From assembly GCA_030753015.1 (NCBI GenBank), contig JASMDC010000011.1, positions 1-64,000 of the forward strand: DNA of 64,000 nucleotides, written 5' to 3'. The position numbers and the translations under genes are program-made. Shown one piece after another: positions 10,501 to 19,496 of the stretch (the first letter of the stretch is position 1; every line of letters begins with the position of its first letter). The notes beneath the pieces were generated by a model that did not search any database, was not told the DNA's origin, and saw only the letters and a list, made by a program, of their open reading frames with translations. The DNA is from Candidatus Undinarchaeales archaeon (lineage in GTDB: Archaea > SpSt-1190 > JASMDC01).

Positions 10501-13500
10501 GGTGCAGAAGTGCTCGTCGTCGTCGTAATCGGCCACGGGGAACCAGGCCGCCTGGAGGCAGTAGCCGTCCTCCTCGAGCCCGCACCAGCTCTCCCCCGCG
10601 TCGTCACCGCAGCACGTGTCGATGTCGTCGTCGACGCTCCTGAACCACCAGCCGTTGGGAGTCATGCACCGGCACGCGGGCTGGTCGAAGTCGGGCTCAT
10701 CGGTCCGCTGGTTCTCGTTGCAGTACCAATTCTGTGAGCCGTAGGACGGGGACGAGCACCAGGTGTCGGTCTCCGTGTCGCCACCGCAGCAGCGGTTCTC
10801 CCCGGACGGGTTGTCGGTCGTGAAGAGGTTCTGTCCGGCCTTGCAGTCGCAGTACTCCTTCTTGTCGTCAGCGTTGTCCTCGCGCACGGCGTTGTCGCAG
10901 TACCACGCACCATCGCCGGGATTAGGGCTCTCGCACCAGCTCTCTCCGGCCTCCTCGTTCACGCCACCGCAGCACTTGAACGGTCCCCCGTTCTTGTCCG
11001 AGTAGAGGTCTGGGCCCGCCTCGCAGTCGCAGTAGTCGCGCTTCAGGTCGGCATCGTCCTTGCGGACGTTGGTGTCGCAGTACCATTCGCCGCCACCGGG
11101 TACGGGATTCGAGCACCATGTGTCCACCTCGCCGACATCACCACCGCAGCACCTGTCGTCGCCTGCGTTGTCGACCGTGTAGAGGTCCTCGCCGGCCTCG
11201 CACTCGCAGTACTCGAGCTTGCTATCGGCATCGTCCTTGCGCACAGCATTGTCGCAGTACCATGCACCGTCACCGATCCTCGTGCTCTCGCACCATGTCT
11301 CGCCGGGTTCCTCGTTGACGCCACCGCAGCACTTATCGGCGCCGCTGTTCTTGGTGGAGTAGAGCTCCTCCCCGGCCTCGCAGTCGCAGTAAGCCTGCTT
11401 CACGTCGGCATCGTCCACGCGCACGGCGCCGTCACAGTACCACTGGCCGTCGCTGGCGGTGGGGCTCTCGCACCACGTCTCGGCCGCCTCCTCGTTGACG
11501 CCGCCGCAGCACCGGTTCGAGCCACTGTTCTTGGTGGTGTAGAGGCTGGGACCGGCCTCGCAGTCGCAGTAGGCCAGCTTGCTATCGGCATCGTCCACAC
11601 GCACAGCGCCGTCGCAGTACCAGGCGCCGTCGCCGACGGTAGGGCTCTCGCACCACGTCTCTCCAGGTTCCTCGTTGGTGCCCCCGCAGCACATGCTCGC
11701 ACCGCTGTTCTTGGTGGTGTAGAGGCGTAGCCCCGCCTCGCAGTCGCAGTAGGCCTGCTTCGTATCGGCGTCGTCCACGCGTACGGCGCCGTCACAGTAC
11801 CAGTCACCGTCACCGGGCGTTGGGCTCTCGCACCAGACCTCGCCGGGCTCCTCGTTGACGCCACCGCAGCACTTGTTGGCGCCGCTGTTCTTTGCCGTGA
11901 AGAGACTGGTGCCTGCCTCGCAGTCGCAGTACTCCTGCTTGTAGTCGGCGTCGTCCATGCGCACAGCACCGTCGCAGTACCAGGTGCCGGCACCGCTAGT
12001 GGGATTCTCGCACCACGTCTCCCCGGCCTCCTCGTTGGTGCCGCCGCAGCACTTCTTCGAGCCCGCGTTGTTCGTGGTGTAGAGGTTGGCGCCCGCCTCG
12101 CAGTCGCAGTACTCCTGCTTGACGTCGGCGTCGTCCTTGCGTGTAGCACCGTCGCAGTACCAGTCACCGCCACCGGCGGTAGGGCTCTCGCACCACGTCT
12201 CGGCCGCCTCCTCGTTGACACCGCCGCAGCATTTGTTGGCGCCCGCGTTCTTTGCCGTGAAGAGGTTGGTACCTGCCTCGCAGTCACAGTACGCCTGCTT
12301 GTAGTCGGCGTCGTCCTGGCGCACGGCGCCGTCGCAGTACCAGGTGCCGCTGCCCGCCGTCGGGCTCTCGCACCAGGTCTCTCCGGCCTCCTCTGCGTTC
12401 CCGCCGCAGCATCGTTTATTGCCGCTGTTCTTTGTGGTGTAGAGGTTGGACCCGGCCTCGCAGTCGCAGGCTGGCTGGGTCGTGTCGGCGTCGGGCTCGC
12501 GGGCGCCGTCGTCGCAGTACCAGGTACCGGCACCGGAGGTGGCGCTCTGACAGAAATCCTCCCCCGCGTCATCGCAGCACGTGGACCGGGCCCAGTGGTC
12601 GGCTCCCAGGATGCAGGTACAGGCCTTCTTCGAATCGTCACCGTCCACCGTCTTGGACCCGGTCAGGCAGTACCAAGACGAGGTGGCTGCGCAGAAGTCG
12701 TCGGTGGCTCCGCCATCGTCACCGCAGCATATAGTCTCCTGGGACGACCATAGCTTGGAACCGCAGGTCTGGCAGCCGTAGGACGACTGGTCGTAGTCGG
12801 TGATGTAGACACCGGAATCGCAGTACTTGTTGGTCGGCCCGCAGTAGGTGTCGGTCGACCCCCCGTCATCGCCGCAGCACTTGTTGCTGAGCCATACCTT
12901 GCTGCCACAGGTGACGCACCCGTACTCGGACTCGTCGGGATCGTTGTGGAGGGTACCCGACTCGCAGTACTTCCCGGACGCATCGCAGTACGTGTCGGTG
13001 GCCCCACCATCGTCACCGCAGCACTTGCTTTTTAGCCAGCTCTTGGACGCACAGGTCTCGCACCCGTACTTCTTCTTGTCCGGATCGGTGTACTTGACAC
13101 CGTCGAGGCAGAAGTTCGTGGAGCCTGCGCAGTAGTCGTCGGACGCACCGTCGTCCCCGCAGCACTTGTTGTTGAGCCATACCTTGCTCGCGCATGTCTG
13201 ACACCCGTACTTCTTCTTGTCCGGATCGGTGTACCAGCTGCCGTCGAAGCAGTAGCTCGTTCCCGAGCAGTAGTCGTCATTGGAGCCGTCGTCGCCGCAG
13301 CATTTGTTGGCCTTCCATGAGCCGCCCTTGCACACACAGCTGTTGGCGTCGTTGTCGCCGTTGCTGTTGGCGCACTTCGAGCACCAGTTCGCGTTCCCGA
13401 CGGCACAGTTGTAGCCCCCACCGCCGCATTTCAGGCCGGTGCACTTCTTCTCGCCGTCGCACTTCTTGCAGGCACCGCACTCTGAGTTCGAGCAGCAGTT

Positions 13501-13689
13501 GCCCCCGGCGTACCAGTTACCGCCGCAGCAGATGCCACCGGTCTTTGCCTGACAAGCATCGCTGACACAGTCCTGGCACGCGTTGCAGACCGGATCGCAA
13601 GCGGCGATGCCGAGATCGGGCAGGACCACCAGGGCGAGGAGGGCAGTAAGGACAAGGCAGATGCCCCACTTCCCGTCCGGTATTTCCAC
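7591..13689 (-). CDS. Giant Cys-rich repeat surface protein with C-terminal membrane anchor
   Basis: Signal peptide; about 20 six-Cys repeats; helical region; Ig-like segments; C-terminal APG + TM helix + RK tail. Confidence 0.85.
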   Translation of the reverse strand: MEIPDGKWGICLVLTALLALVVLPDLGIAACDPVCNACQDCVSDACQAKTGGICCGGNWYAGGNCCSNSECGACKKCDGEKKCTGLKCGGGGYNCAVGNANWCSKCANSNGDNDANSCVCKGGSWKANKCCGDDGSNDDYCSGTSYCFDGSWYTDPDKKKYGCQTCASKVWLNNKCCGDDGASDDYCAGSTNFCLDGVKYTDPDKKKYGCETCASKSWLKSKCCGDDGGATDTYCDASGKYCESGTLHNDPDESEYGCVTCGSKVWLSNKCCGDDGGSTDTYCGPTNKYCDSGVYITDYDQSSYGCQTCGSKLWSSQETICCGDDGGATDDFCAATSSWYCLTGSKTVDGDDSKKACTCILGADHWARSTCCDDAGEDFCQSATSGAGTWYCDDGAREPDADTTQPACDCEAGSNLYTTKNSGNKRCCGGNAEEAGETWCESPTAGSGTWYCDGAVRQDDADYKQAYCDCEAGTNLFTAKNAGANKCCGGVNEEAAETWCESPTAGGGDWYCDGATRKDDADVKQEYCDCEAGANLYTTNNAGSKKCCGGTNEEAGETWCENPTSGAGTWYCDGAVRMDDADYKQEYCDCEAGTSLFTAKNSGANKCCGGVNEEPGEVWCESPTPGDGDWYCDGAVRVDDADTKQAYCDCEAGLRLYTTKNSGASMCCGGTNEEPGETWCESPTVGDGAWYCDGAVRVDDADSKLAYCDCEAGPSLYTTKNSGSNRCCGGVNEEAAETWCESPTASDGQWYCDGAVRVDDADVKQAYCDCEAGEELYSTKNSGADKCCGGVNEEPGETWCESTRIGDGAWYCDNAVRKDDADSKLEYCECEAGEDLYTVDNAGDDRCCGGDVGEVDTWCSNPVPGGGEWYCDTNVRKDDADLKRDYCDCEAGPDLYSDKNGGPFKCCGGVNEEAGESWCESPNPGDGAWYCDNAVREDNADDKKEYCDCKAGQNLFTTDNPSGENRCCGGDTETDTWCSSPSYGSQNWYCNENQRTDEPDFDQPACRCMTPNGWWFRSVDDDIDTCCGDDAGESWCGLEEDGYCLQAAWFPVADYDDDEHFCTACAGNIWESLYDLSDEECCGDDPGESWCGDRGYCLEGVWHPVADPDDDAHYCEQCVEEEWREGTCCGDDVDEKWCGTAGYCYHGDYHPAIGLEVFARETPVYAEEACATDPLRDPFNQGSCAESKTYEVFPGASLDINIFTCSLLGCHCTYPMFDLFDTYQGLTYLKGRYQDLPQELGYATHIRLNATGERVRISATTDQCFYSSVTLSYPTTMCDVCDRTDGCFDHIDKCQVRQTQCHFCLFHPENCTDELIGGLEGCLYTDASNNNRCLKCARHLQTCQRCLDDEECREHFDLCIDNTQICDGLLNTDMITFQECFFGGLTACRETLMALAGRAALLCEFADDDLAKVVFMCNVPLGLGYRFEDVNNRFAARRYADILPLTKKKELTRMLGPAINEMVANAAGETAVLAAQLQDRFPKLAQALNATIALNASIKDTATELDFNMEEDLSRALDYGVVALYRLTTTQEYARTAGGMDTALFMLERIQDRARSLDNLRAIINNRTIEQFFTKAQLTDLPSDDLMTTVTALRVLVGMVNTVFEVDETKVAQDRLAEQEGRLRDAILATSVSGVAVDPAFMDEVRSKVAQVAAGWVTITITERESYRLEVEREDVSKTALALKRRTDILTLNLTEDNLIAVTVPALVEISVPDGIEYYWSLFTIRLYNAKGQAMEDVVVPYRVKKGVTHSIEELHFDRKVKVLDAVSLVAWEVPLLEVDDVLELKFVAKKGLCRTVADCKEGEVCDNIHPLGVCNTQCTACGTVCDSGDPAYEVCNGNGACVAESSRLDKGQACQCNEICASNLCTMGVCCAKGEFADPINMVCSNKLNLLLISETQFEVILGDSYVIAVHIANPSGVAKTFTVRASGVLADNVMIFRPTFVLQPWEYRQLLLQVTGLISGKRTLVIDVEEKDGELRDSGAIDVVVRSPAQSMGVEMRTAPGLTVAHLALLGLLAATAIARKPIYAPRGRV
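10240..13330 (-). repeat. Intragenic tandem repeat array (about 11 units of 177-180 bp flanked by shorter approx 140-165 bp units)
   Basis: gtcgcagtacca recurs at 180-bp spacing about 10.7-12.5 kb; protein unit CCGG.NEE..E.WC.SP..G.G.WYCD.A.R.DDAD.K..YCDCEAG. Confidence 0.9.
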
Positions 13690-13754
13690 GGATAGATCCT
13701 CCGCTCGATAGACCTTCGTCTACCTGCTAGGAGTACAATCCGCGTTCGTGTTTT

Positions 13755-14219
13755 TTATAGGTTGGTTTTTAAGGGGAACCGGAGCACGCGCCGCACCGGG
13801 ACGAAGCCGCAGAGCTCGTAGAACGCGGCGGCGCGTTCGTTGCCCTCGTTCACCGAGACCTCCAGAACAGAGCAGTCCTCGCGCTGACCATCGCTCTTGA
13901 CGTGGTCCATCAGAATGCGGCCCACACCCTTGCTGCGAACATCCCGGTCAACGGCGATGAAGGAGAGGCGGCATACGTCCTGGCCGCTCCATCGGTCGCG
14001 GGTGAACCGGAACCATGCAGCGCCGACGACGCGTTCACCATCGCAGGCCACCACCACCCGCTCGCCCCGAGCAAGGCTCTCGCGGAGCTCGCGCTCTCGC
14101 TCGGCGGCGTTCCAGACCCTCTCGGGGAAGAACTCCTCGGTGAATGTGAGATCCAGGGCTACAACAGCGGCGAGGTCGGCGGGAGAGCTGGGATTCAGGG
14201 GGCGGATGGTGACGGGCAT
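13755..14219 (-). CDS. GNAT family N-acetyltransferase
   Basis: Motif A IAVDRDVRSKGVGRILM and motif B NERAAAFYELCGF. Confidence 0.9.
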   Translation of the reverse strand: MPVTIRPLNPSSPADLAAVVALDLTFTEEFFPERVWNAAERERELRESLARGERVVVACDGERVVGAAWFRFTRDRWSGQDVCRLSFIAVDRDVRSKGVGRILMDHVKSDGQREDCSVLEVSVNEGNERAAAFYELCGFVPVRRVLRFPLKTNL

Positions 14220-14234
14220 GTCCTCTCTCGACTC

Positions 14235-17200
14235 CTATCCCGTGATGATCATGTCCACGGGCGGTGCCTCGGTCTTTGCGTCCGGACGGTAGTAGTCGTA
14301 CACGATGGATCGCGGGGCTGTGGCCTTCACCGGGTAGAGCGCTACGAGCCTGTACGTGAACTTCAGCCCCTCCTTGTCCAGGTTCTGGATGTAGAGGATC
14401 GCCTGCCGCGGCTTCACGGAGTACCTAGAGATGACACCCCGCTGTTTGAGATTCTCGAGGTCCTCTGCCACGACGGCGAACCCGGGCGGGATGCCCATAT
14501 CGGCGACGATGAAGGGCGCCACGCCGGCACCGTTGTTCCATACCTTGACGTCGGCGGTCACCATGTCATTGGTGGCAAGCTCGGTCCTGTCGTACTTGAG
14601 CGAGAACCCGACCATGTCCTGGGCCGAGCGCTCGGCGAGCACCGTGGGGTGCGACCATGGCAGATAGTACGAGCCCACGACCTGGTAGTGGAGCAGCCCT
14701 CCACCCTCGGTGACGAGCTCTACGGTGTGCGCTCCGGGTGCCAGTTCGTCGCCCAGGGAGACGAGGTGCATGATGTCGACGTTCCCCTTCGTGACACGGA
14801 GGGTGCGGACCTCGGCGTCGTCGACCTTAACGGTGATGGTGGCGTCAGCGCTCTCCTTGGCCTTGAGGGACGAGCCCATCAGCGCCTTGAGGCTGAGCAC
14901 CGTAGAGTAGGTGGAGCCCCACTTGCCGAAGCTGTCCTTCTCCGAGGTTATGAACGCCAGCGCCTTGGTGACCAGCATGGGGGAGTGTTGTGCCTCGATG
15001 AGGGCGAGCGCGATCATGGCGCTGTCCTCGAGGCTCTTGGCCTTTCCGCCCGAGCCCATGAACCCGCGTGGCGCGTCCATGTCCTTGGGGGCCCACCACG
15101 CCATGTCGTCCTTGACGGTGGCCCTGTCGACGGCCTGGACGAGGAGCTGGTTCGTGAGCGAGTCGGAGACGTCGTACTCCACCATGGCGCTGAGGCAAAG
15201 GGCGATGGTGTACATGTCGGCCGTGGCCGGATCGATGTTCTTGCGGAGGTAGCTCAGCGCACGGGAGAACGCCCTATGGTCGCGGTCGAGGCCCGACTCG
15301 AGCAGGCTCCATACAAGGTAGCACGTGGTGCCCGTCATCGACTTCTGCCGCTTGCTCATTTCGAACATGGCTCCCTGCGGCTCCCACGAGCCGTCGGGCT
15401 TCTGCTCGGAGAGCAGGTACCTCTGGGTCCGCTCGATGACGGCCGGGTCCACCTCGTACACCTTCGCCATGTCGCTGAACTGCTGTAGTCCCATGGCGGT
15501 GAGCAGGAGCTTGGCCGGCGGATTACCGAACCAGTCGAACCCGCCGGGCGTCGATGTCTCGAAGCTCAGCAAGCGCTGGTAGCCCACACCGATGAAGTTC
15601 TCGGCCTTCAGCTCCAGCTCCGGATTCGCCTGCTTGGTCTCGCGCAGGTACTGGAGCACCATGATGTTGGGATAGGTCGTGGACGAGGTCTGCTCGAAGC
15701 ACCCGGTAGGCATCTTGAGCATCCCGTCGAGCCCCTCGACGATCTGGCTCATCACGCCGGGATGGATCTTGAGGATGGCCTTGTAGCTGTCGGGGATCGC
15801 GTCTGCCGGGACGGTGAGCGGCACCGTCACGGTCCCCTCCTTCAGACGTTCGGACGTGCTCGTGCGGAACTCACGGCCGTTGGGGAGGATCTCCACCTCA
15901 CGGCGCACAGCGTCGCTCGAACCGGTTCCGTAGGCGAACACGGTGAGGTTGTGGCGGCCGATGGTGTCCGCGCGCAGAGACAGGTGAGCCGACGTGATAT
16001 CGTTGGCACCGAGCGTGACGATGATCTCGCGCTTCGAAGGATCGCTCATCGGAAGCAGCGTGTCCTGGAGCGTGAACCACGGATCATCGGGATCCTCCTC
16101 CACCACCAGCCGCACATCCTGCTCGGCGTCGAGGTAGTTGTACACCGTCAGCGGCACGGTCACTGTATCGTTCTGTGTGAGGAACACGGGGAAGTCGATG
16201 TCCACGAAGAAGTCCTGGAACACGAGGATGCCCGCCTCGGTCGAGCCCAGTTCGCCGCTCATGGCGTTCGCCATGGCGCCCACCTTCCAGGTGGTGATGG
16301 AATCTGCCAGAGGGACGTAGATATCGGCCTTCCCCTGCTCGTCGGTGATGACCTGGGGATTGACGTAGAGCGTCTCCGGGAAGAACGCACGGACGCGCGG
16401 GCCCTCCTCCTCGCTGCCCCCGCCACCTTCCTCGTCCAAAAACTCCACTTCCATATCAGCCTTACCCATCGAGAACGACGTCATGATCTGCTTCTCCGGC
16501 CTGCTCTTGATGTCGTTGAGGATGCGCTCGCGCATGGTGTCGGACACCTCGTCGTTCATCCCCATGTTGACGCTCCGCATGAGGGGTGTCGCCAACGCGA
16601 AGAAGCCGATGATGAGGAGGGGCAGTGCGATGCCGAACGCGGAGATCAGCATGGGCAGTGCGAGCTTTGTCCGCTGGCGCATGTGCCGGGCAGCGCCCCC
16701 GCAGAACGGGAGCATCAGCAAGCTCGAGGCAAGGAGGAAGACCGCGCCGACGCTTCCTTCATCGAGCGCACCGCTCCGAGAGTATGAGAAGATGAAGGGC
16801 ATGGCGATGATAACCATCATGAAGACGAGAAGGGCGAAGAGATGGTTCTTGATGCCGGCGAGCACGGTGTCCGTCACCGAGGCGTTGTACAGGATGAAGA
16901 GCGATCTGAGCATGAACGCTCCAAGGACCGCGACGCAGGCGACGATCACGATAGGGCTGCGGACCATGGTCCCGGCCGCCATGACACCGAGCAAGGCGAT
17001 TGGGAAGAGGATACCGGCGATGAAGCGGGCATAGTACCCTGCCGCACGGACGTGCTGGAGCCGCCAGAGGGTGACGCTCAGGAGGAGGAAGGTGAGGAGA
17101 AACACGCCTTTCGGTGCGTCCTGTTCACTATAGCTGAGGTCGTCGATGCCATCGTCCACCCACTCGAGCATGTAGATGAACGCGACCAGAGCGCCGAACA

Positions 17201-19373
17201 CCAGTCCGACTAGGACAATGCCCTTGACGAGGTCCTTGATGGCGGCCCACCACCCCTCCTCTGTACCTCGTACGAAGGCAGCGACGCTCGCGAGGCCCGC
17301 CAGAAGGCATACAAGAGAGAACAGCAGGGCCTGGTTCCGGAAGAACGAGCGCTTCGCCTCCTCCACTTGGGCCTCCTTCTCCTCACGTGTGGATACCTGG
17401 ATGCCGAACGGGCCCAACTTTGCCTCAGGCGCGTTGCGCGCCAGGAACACCTGCTCGGCGATGTGAATGTCCTCCTCCACCTTGACGGTGTCAGGTGCCG
17501 GTGCCGGCCGCTCGGGTGCCATGGGGTTGAACCCGTACACCGTGAACCGTGGTCGTGCAAGCTCGCGTCCCAGGTAGAACGCCATGCGCTCGAACCCGGC
17601 CTTGGCCTCCTCGAGAGCGAACACCGACTCGTCCACGACGGTGAGCCCGACGGCCGCGGGGACGCCTTCACCCTTCCGTTCGGTAGCGATGCTGAGCTGG
17701 GCTAGTTCTCCCGGTTTGTAGCTCTCCTGGTCCGTCCCGATGGACACCGCGAGCTGGTCTGCGGGGAGCACCACGATGCGTCGCGTGGCCCGCTCGACGG
17801 CTGTGCTGCGAGTGGTGTGATAGGCGTGCACGATGAGCTGGCCCGCCATCGAGGCGTCGATGTCGAACACCGCGTCTCCCTGTCCGCTCTTGAGGGTGAG
17901 GGAGCGGGCGTCCACGGTCTGTCCGTCCTTGACCATGTCGACGTAGGCGGCAGGAGCGGCCCCCGAGTGGAGCACGGTGACCGTCGCCGTATCGCCCACC
18001 CGGTACACACCCCTGTCCGTCCGGACGAGGATGGTGCTCCGCTCGAGCTCGTAGTCGCGCCGTTCGCGTCCCTCGCGATAGGACCACTTCTTACTGCCCG
18101 TGCGAGCTTCCGCATCCTTCGCCTTGAGGATGAGCTGCGGATTGTTGTTCTGTGGCCTGAACTCGAACGAACCGAGGCCGAGGCTCCCGGTCTTCACGGT
18201 CGTCGAGAAGTCGACGTCACCGCTCACTTCCACCGTCGCGGGGACCGGTACACCGTCGGGTGTCGAGGTGGCCACGTACATCACGTTGAGGAAGTTGAAG
18301 TTCAAATGCCCGCTCTCGGGGATGAGGTCGATTACGATATCGGATGTGGACACGGGGAACTGGCGCACGATCTGCTCGACATGGTCGCCCCGGTCGGTCA
18401 CCGAGACGTTGAGAAAGAGGAGAGCACCGCCCTTCTCCAGCTCGGAGCCGTGGAACGCCGCGGGCAGGGTGTAGGTGAACTTGACCTGGCCCATCTCGTC
18501 CGTGGTGCCCTTCCAAGAGTGGAGCTCGCGCTCACCGACGTCCACGGTATAGAACACGACCTCGGCCTCGCTCTTGGAAACGGGCTTGCCGAAGAAGTAC
18601 CGGGCGGTGATGGTCCCCTCGAGCTTGTCGTTCGGCTTGTAGAAGGAACGGTCGGTCTGCAGGGCGACCCTGAACTTGGGAAGGACGTACCGCTCGACCC
18701 TGATGCTCTTCTGGCTCTGGACGCCGTTGACGATGACGGTCACGCGGTACCTGCCGAGGATGAGCTCGGGGGCCAGCGCGATGCTCACTGACGCGATCCC
18801 GTACTCGCTCGTGGTGATGACCTTGCGGAACACCTTGTTGCCTTTGGGATCCTCCAGCTCGAAGGTGGCGTTCGTGGCGGCAAGGGGCTTGGCGTCGATG
18901 GAGGAGAGAGCAAGAGCGCGTACGTGCACCAGTTGCCCGGGCTGGTAGAGGGGCTTGTCCGTGGACACTAGCACCTTGGCCTTGCGCTTCACGGTCAGGA
19001 TCGCCTCGTGCGTATCGGTCCCCGACTCGATGATGAGGGTGTAGGTCCCCTCCTCCTCGGGCGCGACGAACTTGGGCGCAGAGCTCCCTTCCGTGTTCGT
19101 TTTTCCCTCGAACATGAGCTTCTTCTCGCCGGGCCGGTCCTTGGGTGTGATGTAGACCTTCACGGCCTCGTCGGGACGTGGCTTGTCGGTACCGACGTGG
19201 CGGGCGACCACCCTGATCGCCTGGGGCGCACCAGGCTGCACGACCGCCTGGCCGAGGACGATGGTGTCGTACTGGTCGATGCGCTCCTCCATGGTGGAGG
19301 CGCGGTACGCCATGAACTGGTTCGCACCCAAGAAGAGGATAACGAGGAATACAGCAAGAATATACCTTCCCAT
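14235..19373 (-). CDS. Alpha-2-macroglobulin / thioester-containing protein with internal multi-pass TM insertion
   Basis: TDKPLYQPG, EYVLP-like RYVLPKF, VVDESV, RAFFPETL, DSITTW, thioester GCFEQ (15690-15704), QKPDGSW, C-terminal YDYY. Confidence 0.92.
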   Translation of the reverse strand: MGRYILAVFLVILFLGANQFMAYRASTMEERIDQYDTIVLGQAVVQPGAPQAIRVVARHVGTDKPRPDEAVKVYITPKDRPGEKKLMFEGKTNTEGSSAPKFVAPEEEGTYTLIIESGTDTHEAILTVKRKAKVLVSTDKPLYQPGQLVHVRALALSSIDAKPLAATNATFELEDPKGNKVFRKVITTSEYGIASVSIALAPELILGRYRVTVIVNGVQSQKSIRVERYVLPKFRVALQTDRSFYKPNDKLEGTITARYFFGKPVSKSEAEVVFYTVDVGERELHSWKGTTDEMGQVKFTYTLPAAFHGSELEKGGALLFLNVSVTDRGDHVEQIVRQFPVSTSDIVIDLIPESGHLNFNFLNVMYVATSTPDGVPVPATVEVSGDVDFSTTVKTGSLGLGSFEFRPQNNNPQLILKAKDAEARTGSKKWSYREGRERRDYELERSTILVRTDRGVYRVGDTATVTVLHSGAAPAAYVDMVKDGQTVDARSLTLKSGQGDAVFDIDASMAGQLIVHAYHTTRSTAVERATRRIVVLPADQLAVSIGTDQESYKPGELAQLSIATERKGEGVPAAVGLTVVDESVFALEEAKAGFERMAFYLGRELARPRFTVYGFNPMAPERPAPAPDTVKVEEDIHIAEQVFLARNAPEAKLGPFGIQVSTREEKEAQVEEAKRSFFRNQALLFSLVCLLAGLASVAAFVRGTEEGWWAAIKDLVKGIVLVGLVFGALVAFIYMLEWVDDGIDDLSYSEQDAPKGVFLLTFLLLSVTLWRLQHVRAAGYYARFIAGILFPIALLGVMAAGTMVRSPIVIVACVAVLGAFMLRSLFILYNASVTDTVLAGIKNHLFALLVFMMVIIAMPFIFSYSRSGALDEGSVGAVFLLASSLLMLPFCGGAARHMRQRTKLALPMLISAFGIALPLLIIGFFALATPLMRSVNMGMNDEVSDTMRERILNDIKSRPEKQIMTSFSMGKADMEVEFLDEEGGGGSEEEGPRVRAFFPETLYVNPQVITDEQGKADIYVPLADSITTWKVGAMANAMSGELGSTEAGILVFQDFFVDIDFPVFLTQNDTVTVPLTVYNYLDAEQDVRLVVEEDPDDPWFTLQDTLLPMSDPSKREIIVTLGANDITSAHLSLRADTIGRHNLTVFAYGTGSSDAVRREVEILPNGREFRTSTSERLKEGTVTVPLTVPADAIPDSYKAILKIHPGVMSQIVEGLDGMLKMPTGCFEQTSSTTYPNIMVLQYLRETKQANPELELKAENFIGVGYQRLLSFETSTPGGFDWFGNPPAKLLLTAMGLQQFSDMAKVYEVDPAVIERTQRYLLSEQKPDGSWEPQGAMFEMSKRQKSMTGTTCYLVWSLLESGLDRDHRAFSRALSYLRKNIDPATADMYTIALCLSAMVEYDVSDSLTNQLLVQAVDRATVKDDMAWWAPKDMDAPRGFMGSGGKAKSLEDSAMIALALIEAQHSPMLVTKALAFITSEKDSFGKWGSTYSTVLSLKALMGSSLKAKESADATITVKVDDAEVRTLRVTKGNVDIMHLVSLGDELAPGAHTVELVTEGGGLLHYQVVGSYYLPWSHPTVLAERSAQDMVGFSLKYDRTELATNDMVTADVKVWNNGAGVAPFIVADMGIPPGFAVVAEDLENLKQRGVISRYSVKPRQAILYIQNLDKEGLKFTYRLVALYPVKATAPRSIVYDYYRPDAKTEAPPVDMIITG

Positions 19374-19452
19374 ACAGGTCCAGAGTGCAGGAAATATTAA
19401 ATGGCCTTTGTTATGTTTGGTAGTGAGGGTGTGTGAGCTTCTCCTCCCGTCT

Positions 19453-19477
19453 CCCCAAGGGTATGTTTAAATGGGGC
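19453..19477 (+). promoter_or_regulatory. TATA-containing promoter motif CCCCAAGGGTATGTTTAAATGGGG
   Basis: Near-identical copy at about 21242-21267 upstream of the paralogous gene. Confidence 0.65.
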
Positions 19478-19496
19478 TTCCAACGGCACGAATGTT

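Noticed and set aside
10680-12560. Regular 180-bp periodicity resembling a CRISPR array or DGR-type repeat
   Set aside because: In-frame coding repeats with synonymous variation; no unique spacers, cas genes or reverse transcriptase.
1241-19400. Numerous long plus-strand and alternative-frame ORFs (e.g. 4697..6499, 13902..15488)
   Set aside because: Shadow ORFs of GC-rich real genes; no motifs or start signals.
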